DNA from: Azolla caroliniana
Lineage: Eukaryota > Plantae > Polypodiophyta
Length of the DNA stretch: 64,000 bases
Assembly (NCBI GenBank): GCA_043228905.1
Contig: JBHGNT010000001.1
Location: 14,384,001 to 14,448,000, forward strand
Direction: 5' to 3'
The first letter of the stretch is position 1. Each line of letters starts with the position of its first letter. Of this stretch, positions 48,645 through 60,483 are shown piece after piece. A model generated the notes under the pieces. The model saw only the letters and a list, made by a program, of their open reading frames with translations, did no database searches and was not told where the DNA came from. The translations under genes were made by a program, and so were the position numbers.

Positions 48645-51600
48645 TGTTGAGAATCGATGCTCCGATTAACCTTCACCACTCCGCCACAACCGAGTAGTCG
48701 CTAATCACTGCAGCAGAAAAATGGAAAGAAGACACAGAGGGAGACGAATACACAGGGTATAACGTGGAAAACCCTAAACGGGAAAAACCACGGGAGTGCA
48801 CGACTCCAAACCAAAACTATGCACAGAGAAATATACAATGGCGAGCTGCAAGGCAACGACCTTGAGCTCGCTGTCCTCGCCATAGGGGGCGGTATTACAC
48901 AGAGGCAACGACCTCTTCGTCTTTCTCTCTCTCTCTCTCTCTTTCGGCTGCTCACTACACTCTCTCTCTCTGAAAACAGAAAATGAGCAACAACATAAAA
49001 CTGTTTGCCCTAAGTCATATTTATACACATATGACTTTCGGGATATTTACAAATATAGCCTCAAGGGCTCTTGGCAAACATATTCACAAATATGTCCCCG
49101 CATCCGGTTCCGAATCCGGGTACTCTTCATCCGGCTCCATGCCGGGTACTCTTCATCCGGCTCCATGCCGGGTACTCTTCATCATCCGGTTCCGTATCCG
49201 GGTACTCTTCATCCGGCTCCATGCCGGGTACTCTTCACCGTCTCCGGTTCCGTAACAGCCTCCGGGCTTGCCGTCATTCATCTCCGGACATCCCATCCGG
49301 AGGGACCGAAATCCCAACAAACTCCCCCTTCACTTCGGCATGGGATGTCTCTCCAACCCGATCCTCTTCCGGCATGCTTCCAGCTTGTCGGGTGTGAGCA
49401 CTTTGGTCAACATATCTGAGCCGTTCTCGTCCGTGTGGATCTTCGTCAGCACGAACTCCTGGTCTTCTATCCTTTCCCGGATCCAGTGATATCTTCGCTG
49501 GATGTGCTTCGTCCGGGAGTGATAGGCCGCGTTCTTCGCAAGGTGGATGGCACTCTGACTGTCGCAGTAGAGTCGGTACTCCTCTTGCCGGATACCGAGT
49601 TCTCTAATGAAGTCCTTCATCCATATTATTTCCTTGCCGGCTTCCACAGCCGCCATGTACTCCGCCTCCGTGGTTGACAACGCAACCGTCTTCTGCAGCC
49701 TCGACTGCCATGAAACAGCTCCCCCTGCATACGTCATCACATACCCTGATGTGGACCGGCTGGTATCTGCATCAGCCGACATATCCGAATCGGTGAAGCC
49801 GTCGAGTTCGGGATTGCCGGAGCCGAATCGGAGGCACACGTTTGCCGTGCCCTTCAGGTATCGGAGTATCCACTTGACCGCGTTCCAGTGCTCTTTGCCG
49901 GGATTGCTCATGTACCGGCTCACCACTCCAACTGCATATCCTATGTCCGGTCTTGTACACACCATTGCGTACATCAAGCTTCCGACGGCAGAGGCATATG
50001 GTACTTTCGTCATGTCCTCCTTCTCAGCCTTTGTCTTGGGGCTTTGCTTGCTGGACAACTTGCAGTTTCCCGGGAGGGTTGATCCGACCGGTCTTGCTTC
50101 CGACATGTTGAACCGGTGAAGCACCTTTGTCACGTACTTCTCCTGTGACAGCCACAACTGCTTCTTCTTCCGGTCCCGGATGATGTGCATCCCTAGTATT
50201 TGCCTCGCCGGACCCAGGTCCTTCATTGAGAAGGTTCGGTGAAGAGCCTTCTTCAGCATCCGTATCTTGACCTGGTCTCGTCCGACGATCAACATGTCGT
50301 CTACGTACAAGAGAAGTATTAGAAAGTCTCCTCCTTCGAACTTCTTCACAAACACGCAGTGGTCGGACTGCGTTTTGAGGTATCCTTCGTCGGTCATGAA
50401 GGAGTCGAACTTCCGGTACCATTGCCGGGGAGCCTGCTTCAGTCCGTAAAGGCTCTTCTTCAACCGGCATACCAGGTGCTCCTTCCCTTTCTTCTCGAAT
50501 CCTTCCGGTTGCTGCATGTAGATCTCTTCTTCGAGGTCACCGTGAAGGAATGCCGTCTTCACGTCCATCTGTTCTACCTCGAGGTCCATGCTTGCCGCTA
50601 TGCTCAGCACCGTCCGGATGGAGGTCATCTTCACTACCGGGGCAAATATCTCGTCGAAGTCGACGCCCTTCTTCTGCTGGAACCCCTTCACCACGATCCT
50701 GGCTTTGTATCTCGGGGGGTTTCCGGCATCTCCCGGTTTCAGCTTGAACACCCACTTGTTACGGAGTGCCCGCTTTCCTTTCGGCAACTCCACAAGTTCA
50801 TATGTGTGGTTCTCATGCAGGGAATCCATCTCCTCCTGCATGGCACTTAACCACCTGCGGCTATGGGTGTCATGCTTTGCTTCTTCAAAGCTCTCCGGCT
50901 CCCCCTCGTCGGTTAGCAGCACGTGCTCTGGTTCCGGAAATCTCCGGGGGGCCCTTCTCTCTCTTAGAGGATATCTCCGTTCCGGAGCTTCGGTAACCGG
51001 TTCTTCCGTTTCCTCTTCATCCGAATCCATTTCGGGATCGGGGCCGGTTCCGGTATCAGTTTCATCTTCCTCGGCCGGTTCTGTTTCTTCACCGTCTTCG
51101 GCCGGGTCCTCGAGTGCTAACCGGTCCCTTGCCGGTCGGGACTGCTCTTCGTAGAGTTTATCCTCACCGGTCGACTTGGAGCTCTTCATCTTCTTCTCCG
51201 ACTCCCAGTCGGCGAGTGTCCTGTTCTCCATGAAGATGATATCACGACTCCGGAATATCTTCTTGTCGACCGGGTCCCATACTCGGTAGCCGAACTCGTC
51301 ATCGCCGTAACCGAGGAATATGCATGGCCGGGTCTTTGGATCTAGCTTTCCTCTCCGGTCCTTTGCCACATGCACGTATGCGAGACACCCGAACACCTTC
51401 AGATGCCGGTAGGACACTTCCTTACCGGTCCACACTTTCTGCGGCGTGTCTCCGTCCAAAGGTATTGAGGGTGATCTGTTTATCACGTATGTCGCCATCG
51501 ACATTGCCTCAGCCCAAAACCCCTTGGGTAATTTCGCATGCGCCAGCATACTCCGGACCCTCTCCATTATGGTCCGGTTCATCCTCTCGGCCAGCCCGTT

Positions 51601-54109
51601 TAGTTCCGGCGTCTTCGGCACAGTAAACTCGAGCCGGATTCCCTTCGAGCGACAGTACTCCTGGAACTGCCCCCGGTATTCCCCTCCGTTATCCGCTCGT
51701 ATCGCTTTCAGCTTCTTGCCGGATTCCCTTTCCACTCTCGCGTGGAGTTCTTTGAAGACGCACAACACTTGGTCCTTTGTCTTCAGCGGTGCCGTCCACA
51801 GCTTCCGGCTGTGATCATCAATGAATGTCACGAAGTACTGGGCTCCGCCATGTGACTTCGTTTCTACCTGACACACATCAGTATGCACCAACTCCAATGG
51901 TGCGCTACGTCTCGTCGGTGGCCTTGAGTGGAAGGAGGTTCGGTTCTGCTTACCGGCCAGGCAATCGGTGCACTTCTCCAGGTGCACATGCTTCACTGGG
52001 ATAAGGTTGTCTTCTGCAAGCCTCTTCATCCCCTTCTCACTCATGTGGCACAGTCTCTTGTGCCACAGCTCACCGGCAGTGTCGGCTGCCACATTCAGCT
52101 CTTCCGGACATAGCCGGGAATTCATCAGGTACAGTGTGTTGATCTTCCGGGCCCGAGCCACTATCAGGCTCCCTTTGCTGAACTTCATGACACCGTTCCG
52201 GATGCTACCCGTGTAGCCTTCATCGTCTAGCCTCCCGGCCGAAATCAGGTTCAATCGAACCTCCGGAACGTGTCGAACATCCTTCAGCAGCATTTTGCAT
52301 CCGGTCGAGGTTGTCAACCACACGTCTCCTATGCCGGCGATCCGGCACGTACCTTCATTTCCCATCCGAACACAGCCATGGTCACCGGCTGTGTAGGATG
52401 AGAAGTATCTTCTCTCCGGGGTCAGGTGGAACGATGCTCCGGAATCGACCACCCAGGTCGTCTCATCGCCGGCAAGGTTCAGCTCCCTCTCTTCGGTAAT
52501 GAGCATTATCTCTTCTTCACTTGCCGCGAGTGCCGTTGTTCCTTTCCGGTCCTGCCCTCGCCGATCCGGACCTCTCCGGTCCGTGGCTCCCCGGTATGCA
52601 CCGTTTCTCTCCGGTGACTTCTTCGAATCGGTGTCGTCGGCTCCGTTGTCTTTTCGGTAATGCCGGCAATTCTTCCGGAAGTGCCCCGGCTTCCCACAGT
52701 GGAAGCATGTGGGTCTTCCTCTTGACTGCGACCGGGTCCCCGACTTCTCCCGTCTTTGCGGACTCCGGTTCCATTGTCTTCCCCGTTCCGATTCGGTAAG
52801 CAACGCCTTCGAGTCGGAGGCCGGTTCTTTATCTCTCCGGCGCGCTTCTTCGTTCAAAATACTTGTCTTTACCGTTTGTAGGGACAAGTTATCTTCGGTG
52901 CAGGAGGTGCTGAGAGTCACCACCAGGTTCTCCCAGCTGTCCGGCAATGTACACATCAGGATGATGGCTTGCATTGCATCCTCCAACGGGAACTTGATCG
53001 CCGCAAGCTGGTTCACGAATCCCATGAACGTGCTTACGTGTTCCACCATACTCTCGCCGTCCCGGTACTTGAGGTTCACTATCTTTCTCATCAGGGAGGT
53101 CCGGTTCAACGCATTCTTCCTCTCGTAGAGGCCCGACAGCTTCTTCCACATCTCATATGCGTTGGTGTCGTTCGCCACATGTTGTAGGACGCTTACATCG
53201 ACATATTGTCGGATCGTCGCTACGGCTTTCCGGTTCAGGAGCTTCCACTCCGACTCAAGTACTCCCTTCGGTATTTCCGACCTGTCAATCGGTTCGTACA
53301 GGTCCCGAACAATCAGAAGATCTTCCATCTTGATCTTCCAGTCGGCGTAGTTCTGCGCATTCAGCACCATCATGCCCGGAGGCCCACTACCGCCGCCTTC
53401 CATTTTCTGTGTTACCGTTGCTCTGATACCACTTTGTTGAGAATCGATGCTCCGATTAACCTTCACCACTCCGCCACAACCGAGTAGTCGTTAATCACTG
53501 CAGCAGAAAAATGGAAAGAAGACACAGAGGGAGACGAATACACAGGGTATAACGTGGAAAACCCTAAACGGGAAAAACCACGGGAGTGCACGACTCCAAA
53601 CCAAAACTATGCACAGAGAAATATACAATGGCGAGCTGCAAGGCAACGACCTTGAGCTCGCTGTCCTCGCCACAGGGGGCGGTATTACACAGAGGCAACG
53701 ACCTCTTCGTCTTTCTCTCTCTCTCTCTCTCTTTCGGCTGCTCACTACACTCTCTCTCTCTGAAAACAGAAAATGAGCAACAACATAAAACTGTTTGCCC
53801 TAAGTCATATTTATACACATATGACTTTCGGGATATTTACAAATATAGCCTCAAGGGCTCTTGGCAAACATATTCACAAATATGTCCCCGCATCCGGTTC
53901 CGAATCCGGGTACTCTTCATCCGGCTCCATGCCGGGTACTCTTCATCCGGCTCCATGCCGGGTACTCTTCATCATCCGGTTCCGTATCCGGGTACTCTTC
54001 ATCCGGCTCCATGCCGGGTACTCTTCACCGTCTCCGGTTCCGTAACAGCCTCCGGGCTTGCCGTCATTCATCTCCGGACATCCCATCCGGAGGGACCGAA
54101 ATCCCAACA
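48645..54109 (-). mobile_element. Intact, very young Tork-like copia element F, sister of E
   Basis: 675-bp LTRs 53435-54109 and 48645-49319 (2 differences seen), TSD TTAAC, iMet PBS, PPT. Confidence 0.97.
49330..53403 (-). CDS. copia Gag-Pol polyprotein, 1357 aa, uninterrupted
   Basis: About 9 amino-acid differences from 34402-38475. Confidence 0.96.
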   Translation of the reverse strand: MEGGGSGPPGMMVLNAQNYADWKIKMEDLLIVRDLYEPIDRSEIPKGVLESEWKLLNRKAVATIRQYVDVSVLQHVANDTNAYEMWKKLSGLYERKNALNRTSLMRKIVNLKYRDGESMVEHVSTFMGFVNQLAAIKFPLEDAMQAIILMCTLPDSWENLVVTLSTSCTEDNLSLQTVKTSILNEEARRRDKEPASDSKALLTESERGRQWNRSPQRREKSGTRSQSRGRPTCFHCGKPGHFRKNCRHYRKDNGADDTDSKKSPERNGAYRGATDRRGPDRRGQDRKGTTALAASEEEIMLITEERELNLAGDETTWVVDSGASFHLTPERRYFSSYTAGDHGCVRMGNEGTCRIAGIGDVWLTTSTGCKMLLKDVRHVPEVRLNLISAGRLDDEGYTGSIRNGVMKFSKGSLIVARARKINTLYLMNSRLCPEELNVAADTAGELWHKRLCHMSEKGMKRLAEDNLIPVKHVHLEKCTDCLAGKQNRTSFHSRPPTRRSAPLELVHTDVCQVETKSHGGAQYFVTFIDDHSRKLWTAPLKTKDQVLCVFKELHARVERESGKKLKAIRADNGGEYRGQFQEYCRSKGIRLEFTVPKTPELNGLAERMNRTIMERVRSMLAHAKLPKGFWAEAMSMATYVINRSPSIPLDGDTPQKVWTGKEVSYRHLKVFGCLAYVHVAKDRRGKLDPKTRPCIFLGYGDDEFGYRVWDPVDKKIFRSRDIIFMENRTLADWESEKKMKSSKSTGEDKLYEEQSRPARDRLALEDPAEDGEETEPAEEDETDTGTGPDPEMDSDEEETEEPVTEAPERRYPLRERRAPRRFPEPEHVLLTDEGEPESFEEAKHDTHSRRWLSAMQEEMDSLHENHTYELVELPKGKRALRNKWVFKLKPGDAGNPPRYKARIVVKGFQQKKGVDFDEIFAPVVKMTSIRTVLSIAASMDLEVEQMDVKTAFLHGDLEEEIYMQQPEGFEKKGKEHLVCRLKKSLYGLKQAPRQWYRKFDSFMTDEGYLKTQSDHCVFVKKFEGGDFLILLLYVDDMLIVGRDQVKIRMLKKALHRTFSMKDLGPARQILGMHIIRDRKKKQLWLSQEKYVTKVLHRFNMSEARPVGSTLPGNCKLSSKQSPKTKAEKEDMTKVPYASAVGSLMYAMVCTRPDIGYAVGVVSRYMSNPGKEHWNAVKWILRYLKGTANVCLRFGSGNPELDGFTDSDMSADADTSRSTSGYVMTYAGGAVSWQSRLQKTVALSTTEAEYMAAVEAGKEIIWMKDFIRELGIRQEEYRLYCDSQSAIHLAKNAAYHSRTKHIQRRYHWIRERIEDQEFVLTKIHTDENGSDMLTKVLTPDKLEACRKRIGLERHPMPK

Positions 54110-54367
54110 TTAACAATCATCATTATTTATTGTAAGGTTCAATCCTTTGACTTTTATTTATAAGGAATTATCTTTGGCAAAATGAAAAAGTATTTTTGCT
54201 ACCAATAAAGTTGACTTCACAATACTAGTTTATTTAAACTACTATTTTGCTTCTTTTCTAGGGTGGTTTCACACTATGTGTTAGAATCATCATGACATCC
54301 ACCCCCACCAAACATGCACATCCTCCAGTATGTGCCAATGATTGTTAGTTGCTATTGCTTATTCTTT

Positions 54368-55940
54368 TTAAACCTTGAAGTGTAGAGGTTTGATTTCAAG
54401 ATTTGTGGTCTCTCTTCTCTTAAAGATCTTGATTCTCTTCCCTGCAATCAGCAAAGCAAGTCGAGTTCCATCTAACTCCGCTAGAAAATAGGTTGCATTG
54501 TTTTCTATTTCCTTAACTACGTATGGGCCAAACCATCGTTTCACGAACTTTTGAGTAGTGCTATGTTGATTATCAAGGTTGCTATCATAGACAAGTACCC
54601 AATCTCCTTCTTCAATTTTTCTTATACGAAGATGATGCTTTTTATCAAAATTCTCCTTGTTCCTCAATCGAGCCTCGCGTAACCGTTCTATTGCTAACTC
54701 GACATCTTTGGGTCTCCATTCTAATTGTTGGATCCTTGTAGCTAGCAAGTCTTCTCGACTTATCTCCTCTTGCCATGGCAAAGCCGTTCATGAGGTAACA
54801 CTTTGCTCGATATGCATTATTGGTTTTTGCCCTAATATGAGCTCGGACGGCATATATCCAATAGTCATGCTATGTGTAGTTCTATCGGCCCACAATGCAT
54901 ATGGTAATAATCATGGTCAGTCCCCCATCTTCCCATCGCAAGCCTTTGCTAGAGCTTTTACAATCGGGTTATGTCCCCACTCCACCTTTCCATTTGCCTT
55001 TGGGTTGTATGCCATGGTAAGTGATAATTTGATGCCTATCCTTGAGAAAAATTGTTTATCTTCATCTGCATCTAATTCTCCTCTATCGACTACTATTTTG
55101 CCGACACATCCGTATCGACAAATAACATCTTCAAGGAGAAACTTGCAAACTGCCAAAGTTGTTTTATTCCTTAGTGCCCGACCTTCTACTTGGTTGGTGA
55201 GATCCTCTCTTGCTAACACGAGGTATCTCATTTGCCACAATCCCATTGGCATAACCACTATGTCTACCAACCACTTATAGTGCATTGATAATGGATATGT
55301 CGGATGAAGTTCATCCCTATGTTGAACATTCGAGTATAATTGGCATTGCGCACATGTTTCAACATAGCTTGCTACATCTTTGTAAACACCCGGCCACCAA
55401 TACTTCTCCTTGAGCTTTGCAAAAGTTGCCCATATACCTCGATGACCTGCCCACACACTATCATGAAATTTAGCAATTAGTGTTTGTTGATCTTGTTTCT
55501 TGCACACCAATCGAAGTGGAGTTCCATTCTTCCTCTTTGGAAACTTCCATAGATGTCCTTCTTTGAGGAAGAACTTGTAGGACTTCTTCCTAATTCGGTA
55601 GTCTTCCTTTGACCATGATTCATCCTTTGTAAGAGAACTTAAGTACTTGCCAATTTCGATGAATTCACCCTCATAATCTTCTACTTTAAACACCGCTAGC
55701 ACCCGAGCACAAGAAACCGTAAAGAAGTTTAGGCCAACATCCTCTTCATCGAAGCGCGGATCTTCTTCACCCTCGTACCTTGCCCTTGACAACATATCGG
55801 CCACCACATTATGCTTCCCAATTATATGTCAAATATCGGGGTTGAGCGACTTGATATAGGCAATCCATCGTAGCATAGTAATATCTGGTGTAGCACAACC
55901 AGATATCATCCCGAGAATAGGTAGACAGTTTGGAGACAAA
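54368..55940 (-). pseudogene. gypsy J RNase H C-terminus and integrase
   Basis: RWIAYIKSL, VADMLSR, HDSVWAGHRG...CAQCQ, CRYGCVGKIVVDRGEL, RWFGPYVV. Confidence 0.88.
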
Positions 55941-55944
55941 AGAC

Positions 55945-57389
55945 GGGGCATGATCGATGTTGCGACTCGGGAGGTGATACACATGAAGACGATGGCATAC
56001 ATTCGATGCTTTATCGACATGAGCCTGTACAACAACTTCAATGAAGAAAGCAAGGGTCATGTGCTCTGGGAGAAAATCGGTACCATGTTGGAGAGCAAGT
56101 TCGTTGTAAATCGGGTTTCGGTATTCCGGAAGTTAGTGAGATTCTGATACCAAGACGAATCCAACATGGCGGAGAACATGAATGCATTCCATGGGCTGAT
56201 AAACCAAACAACCTCATTGGAAGTACCTTTAACCGACGAGGTACTCACGTTGCTGCTGCTTGGATCCCTCCCGGATAGTTGGGAGATGCCAGTTGTCACT
56301 TTGGGCAACTCCGAGCCGGAAGGAAAACACCTATCCTTAGCAAGGGTAAAATGAAGCTTGTTGGATGAAGAAGCTCACTGAAAGGACAGGGAGTCTGAAA
56401 ACGATATGAAGGTCTTGGTTATGAAAGACGGCCATAACTGGGGAAGAGGCCAGAATCGGAGTCCCCAAAACCAAGACAAATCAGGGTCAAGGTCGAAGTC
56501 AAGGGGGAGGTCCACTTGCTTTTATTGCTGAAAACCGGGGCACTTCCAGCAGAATTGCCGACACTTCCGAAAGGAGAAAGGAACTGACAGTGCCGACTCG
56601 AAGAAGGGTTCGAACCGGAGGAATTCGGATCGGAAAGTAAGGACGGCAATCACGACAAGTGAAGAAGAGTTGTTTCTCATCACCGAGGAAAATGAGCTAC
56701 ATCTTGTCAACGATGAGACGACATGGGTAGTCAACTCTAGAGCGTCGTTCTATCTTACCCCCAACCGGAAATGCATCTCATCGTACAGAGCCGGAGATCA
56801 TGGTTGTATCCAGATGGGAAATGAAGGTACATGCCGAATTATCAACATAGGGGATGTGTGTTTGACAACGTCAATCAAGTGCAGTTGTTGCTGAAAGATG
56901 TATGACACATTCCGGAGGTTTGGTTGAACCTGATATTAGCCGGTTGGCAAGATGATGAAGGCTACACGGGTAGCATCCAGAACATAGTCATGAAGTTTTG
57001 CAAAGGAAGCCTGATCGTGGCCCCAACTTGGAAGATCATCACATTGTACCTGATGCATGCCCGGAAGAAGTGAACGTGGCATCCGACAATGTCGGTGAGA
57101 TGTGACACAAAAGGTTGTGCCACATGAGCCAGAAGGGGATGGGAAGACTTGCCAAAGAAACCCTCATTCCAGAGGTGAAAGACGTGCAGCTTGAGAATTG
57201 CACCGACTGTTTGGCCGGCAAGCATAACCAAACCTCCTTCCAAACTCGACCACCATCGAGACGGAATGCACCGTGGGAACTTGTGCATACCAATGTATGC
57301 CCACTGGGCACAAAGTCACAGGCCAGATCGCAGTACTTCGTGACGTTCATAAACGACCATAACCGGAAGCTATGGGTCTCACCGCTAAA
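55945..57389 (+). pseudogene. Degraded Tork-like copia fragment K (gag to integrase), related to E and F
   Basis: LGSLPDSWE, DETTWVVNSRASF, CTDCLAGK. Confidence 0.85.
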
Positions 57390-60300
57390 TTTTACCGATT
57401 AGGAACACGGTCTATGGTTAGTCCTTCGACCATAGACCTCAAAGTGACTGTGTGCCAACGAATGGTAGCGTCTGTGTGTAATACTTAGGGGGATACCTCC
57501 CGTAACCTAGCAGCTTATAAGGGAGACGGCTACAACCTAGCTCCTTAGACAGTGGGCTAGCGCACACACCGTTACTCACGCCTACACTCTTAAGGATTAC
57601 AGACACACAGTAGATTAACCACAGATACGCACAGATATCAGAGAAGATAGAACTCTATTAAGATACGCCTTTTACATTCAAAATTCCACGCTACCTCTCT
57701 CAAAGGTTTTCTGTCTTTTATATACGCAAGGTCTTTTAGCCATTCACGCTTCCCACGTGAACCGTTTACATGCATTACAATATTATTCTATTCCATATTA
57801 CTACGCTCTTGTCCGTCAGTTACTATTCTGGCGGACAACACTTGGCATGCTTGTGGGACAGTGTCATGGCACGTCGGACCCACCCCTTTAATCTTCCTCC
57901 AAAATGGCCCTGATGTTTGGTTCTGCTACGGTGTCCGTGTCCGGGGACGGCGTAGGGCCCGTAGGCGTGTTGTTGTGTGGTTCCCCTGCTTGGTCGGGAG
58001 GGTTTCTCATGGTGTCGCGGTCGTCCTGTGTGGGCGGTCCGGGTTCTGCGGGCTCTTCTTGGGCTATGCGGGTTGGTTCACCCGTCCGCAGGCTTGCGGT
58101 AGGTCGCAGCTCTGTTTCGACCGTCACTTCCTCCGTGATGTTGGTCGTCATTGTACGCTCTGGGGAGTGGGGTTGTGGTTCCTCTTGGTCCAGAACGTCC
58201 TTTGTGCGGTCGGCCGTAAGCATATGCTCCGGTGGGTGAGGTTCCTCTTGGTTGGTGGTTTCGTTATCTGGTATTACAGGGGACTCCGCTCGCCGTTCCG
58301 TGTTGTTCACCGTAGTGGTAATTTTTGGTGACATGGCCTGAGGTTCCTCTTGTTCGGCAATATCCGGAATTGGTGTCGCAATGGATTCCTCGTTTGTTCC
58401 CGTGCTGCCGACTTGCATGATCTGGTGAAATAGGTCCTCCTGACTTTCGCCAAAATCATCTAGTAGTTACGCGAGTTCCTCGGAATGTTGGTCCTCGCGT
58501 ATTGCCGCAATGCTTTCCTCATTGAGTTTGTCGAACCCTCAGCCGTCTTTCCTTCGGTTCTCCCAGTCCGCTCAATACGTATGCAATTCCGCCGCTTGTG
58601 TAGCCCATGCCATCCATCCTTTGTCTAGCGCCGTTTTTAATTGCGTCGTAAACCTCTCCCGATTCATTTGCAGAAGGATGCGCACGTTGTCTGTTATGGC
58701 TTGGCAACGGTTGCGTGCTTCTTCTACAGATTTCTTGAGGTTTGCAATTTCTTGCTGATTAACTGTCGCCGCTTCCTCATACGTGCTCCTCATTCCTGCC
58801 CAAAGCTGGGATTCCTTCGCATGTAGTTCTTCCATTTTTCCCATTTCATTGTTCAGGTTGATTTCGAGCTAATGCCTTCTCTCCTGTTCTCCCACCAGCT
58901 GCTCATCGAACCATGCTTTCTTCTTCTCCAATAAGGCCCGGAGTCCTCCCATAATTGGGCATTTTCTTCTTTCGTCTGGGTGTGTTGTGTTGTCTCCGTT
59001 GCGAGTTTCTCTTCAAGGGTCTTCACTGCCTTTCGGCCGTTGGCCCGGATGTCCTTTTCTCTGTTCGAGGACTGGCGAAGTTTAGCGCGGAGGCAGTCAA
59101 TCTTTGATTCTGCTAGTTGCACGACCCGTTTAACTTTTGAGGCAATGGCGGTCTGAGCTTTAATCTCTTCCCTCAAGGCTTCGACGGCGTTGGTTGTTGG
59201 TGGAGCTGCCTATTGCGCCGTAGTCACGTTATTTTCCAACTCCGTGATGCATTCATTGGCCTTTTGTAGCTCGGTTTGCGTCCGTTTAACCTTTTTCCAT
59301 ACATTTTTATTTTTAATCACCATATCCTTGGCGCCCATACTGACCTTTGTCAATTCCCTATGAACTTCGACAAGGGCCGCGTTTAATGGGGGTAGTTCCA
59401 TCCCCATTCGGCGTATACCAGCGTTCCTCTGCCTGCCGACTCTGGCTAACTGATCCTCATCGTCGCTTTCCGTCGTTTGTGTTAATGCGCGCTCGATCAT
59501 TTGGCGCTCCGCGTGCTCCTTGGCCATTCGTTGTGAGACTTTTATCTGTTGCGTTGCCAAGAATTCCATGAGTTCAAAAGAGGTTCTGAACTGTAATAGT
59601 GCGCCGAACTCATGGGCCGTGTCCGGAATGCTCGGATACGCCAGGACCTCGCTTTCCGCCGTCAATACGGCTTTCCCCCGTTGTGATTGGGCCGTAATGG
59701 TCGGCCGTGGTTCCCGGATTACTTTGAAGGTGGTGTTGGGCTCCGTAGCTGCGGAGCTATCGCCCACGGTCGTTGTCTCCGTGGCCGCGAGTGCGTCTTT
59801 AACTAACCCTCGCCCATCTTTCCTATCCAGTCTCCACCTTTTTGGCCTCAGACTTTCCTGCCGTGGTTCGGCTTCCAGCTCTGGTGCCGCTTCCTCGGTG
59901 CGCACAGCCTGCTCTTCCTACGTTGTTCACATGTTCGGCTGGGCGGGTTGGGGTTCATCTTCCCACTCTGTGGTGGCTAACTCTGCTAACCTTCGCTTCG
60001 CGGATCGAGGCGGCGGTGTGGGCTTGCAGGGCTGCGATGCCGACAGACCTCGGGGTGGGAATAGTACCATCAAGTACTGTTGTATGACAGGCCTGAGCTT
60101 TTTGCCTCCTTGATACGCGTGTAGGCCTTCCCTTAACGCCAGTCTCGTAATGACCCCCCAATCGACCGTACACCCTTCAAAGGTATCAATGATGATACCT
60201 GCCTTCTGCTTGGGCATCCCATATGCGTTTACATGTACGCATCCGACCTCCAATAGGAACTTGGCGATTTCGCGGAAAAAGGGATCCGGGATCTCCTTCG

Positions 60301-60483
60301 TTCTATATGCCTTGGCGGATGATGAATATGGACCGAAATATCTCTACAGGGACTCCGCAGGAGGGATTTCGAAATGCCTTTCACCCAATGATGACAGGTC
60401 CAACCTTTTCCGGATGGATCAGTTGGTGACCGTGTCGATGTTGAGCTTTCTAGCGATGTCGAGTGCATCAGGGTGTGGAGGCT
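57390..60483 (-). mobile_element. 3' part of gypsy element L, diverged relative of B: ORF2 remnant, tRNA mimic and ~451-bp 3' LTR (57390-57840)
   Basis: ORF2 homology to 13184-16273; LTR starts TGTTGTCC on the minus strand like B and has similar length. Confidence 0.85.
57843..57883 (-). other. Second tRNA-Arg(UCU) 3'-part mimic at the PPT position
   Basis: Minus strand reads GTGGG-TCCGA-c[GTGCCATGACAC]t-GT-CCCAC-AAGCATG-CCA-AG-TGTTGTCC. Confidence 0.75.

Larger units (their letters stand above)
47197..55940 (-). mobile_element. 5'-truncated gypsy element J: RNase H end, integrase, PPT and a ~1.63-kb 3' LTR (47197-54297) interrupted by element F
   Basis: LTR ends TGTCGTGAAAAT and ATCATCATGACA match the solo LTR; PPT GGTGGGGGTGGA at 54298-54309; RNase H then integrase order. 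Confidence 0.82.
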
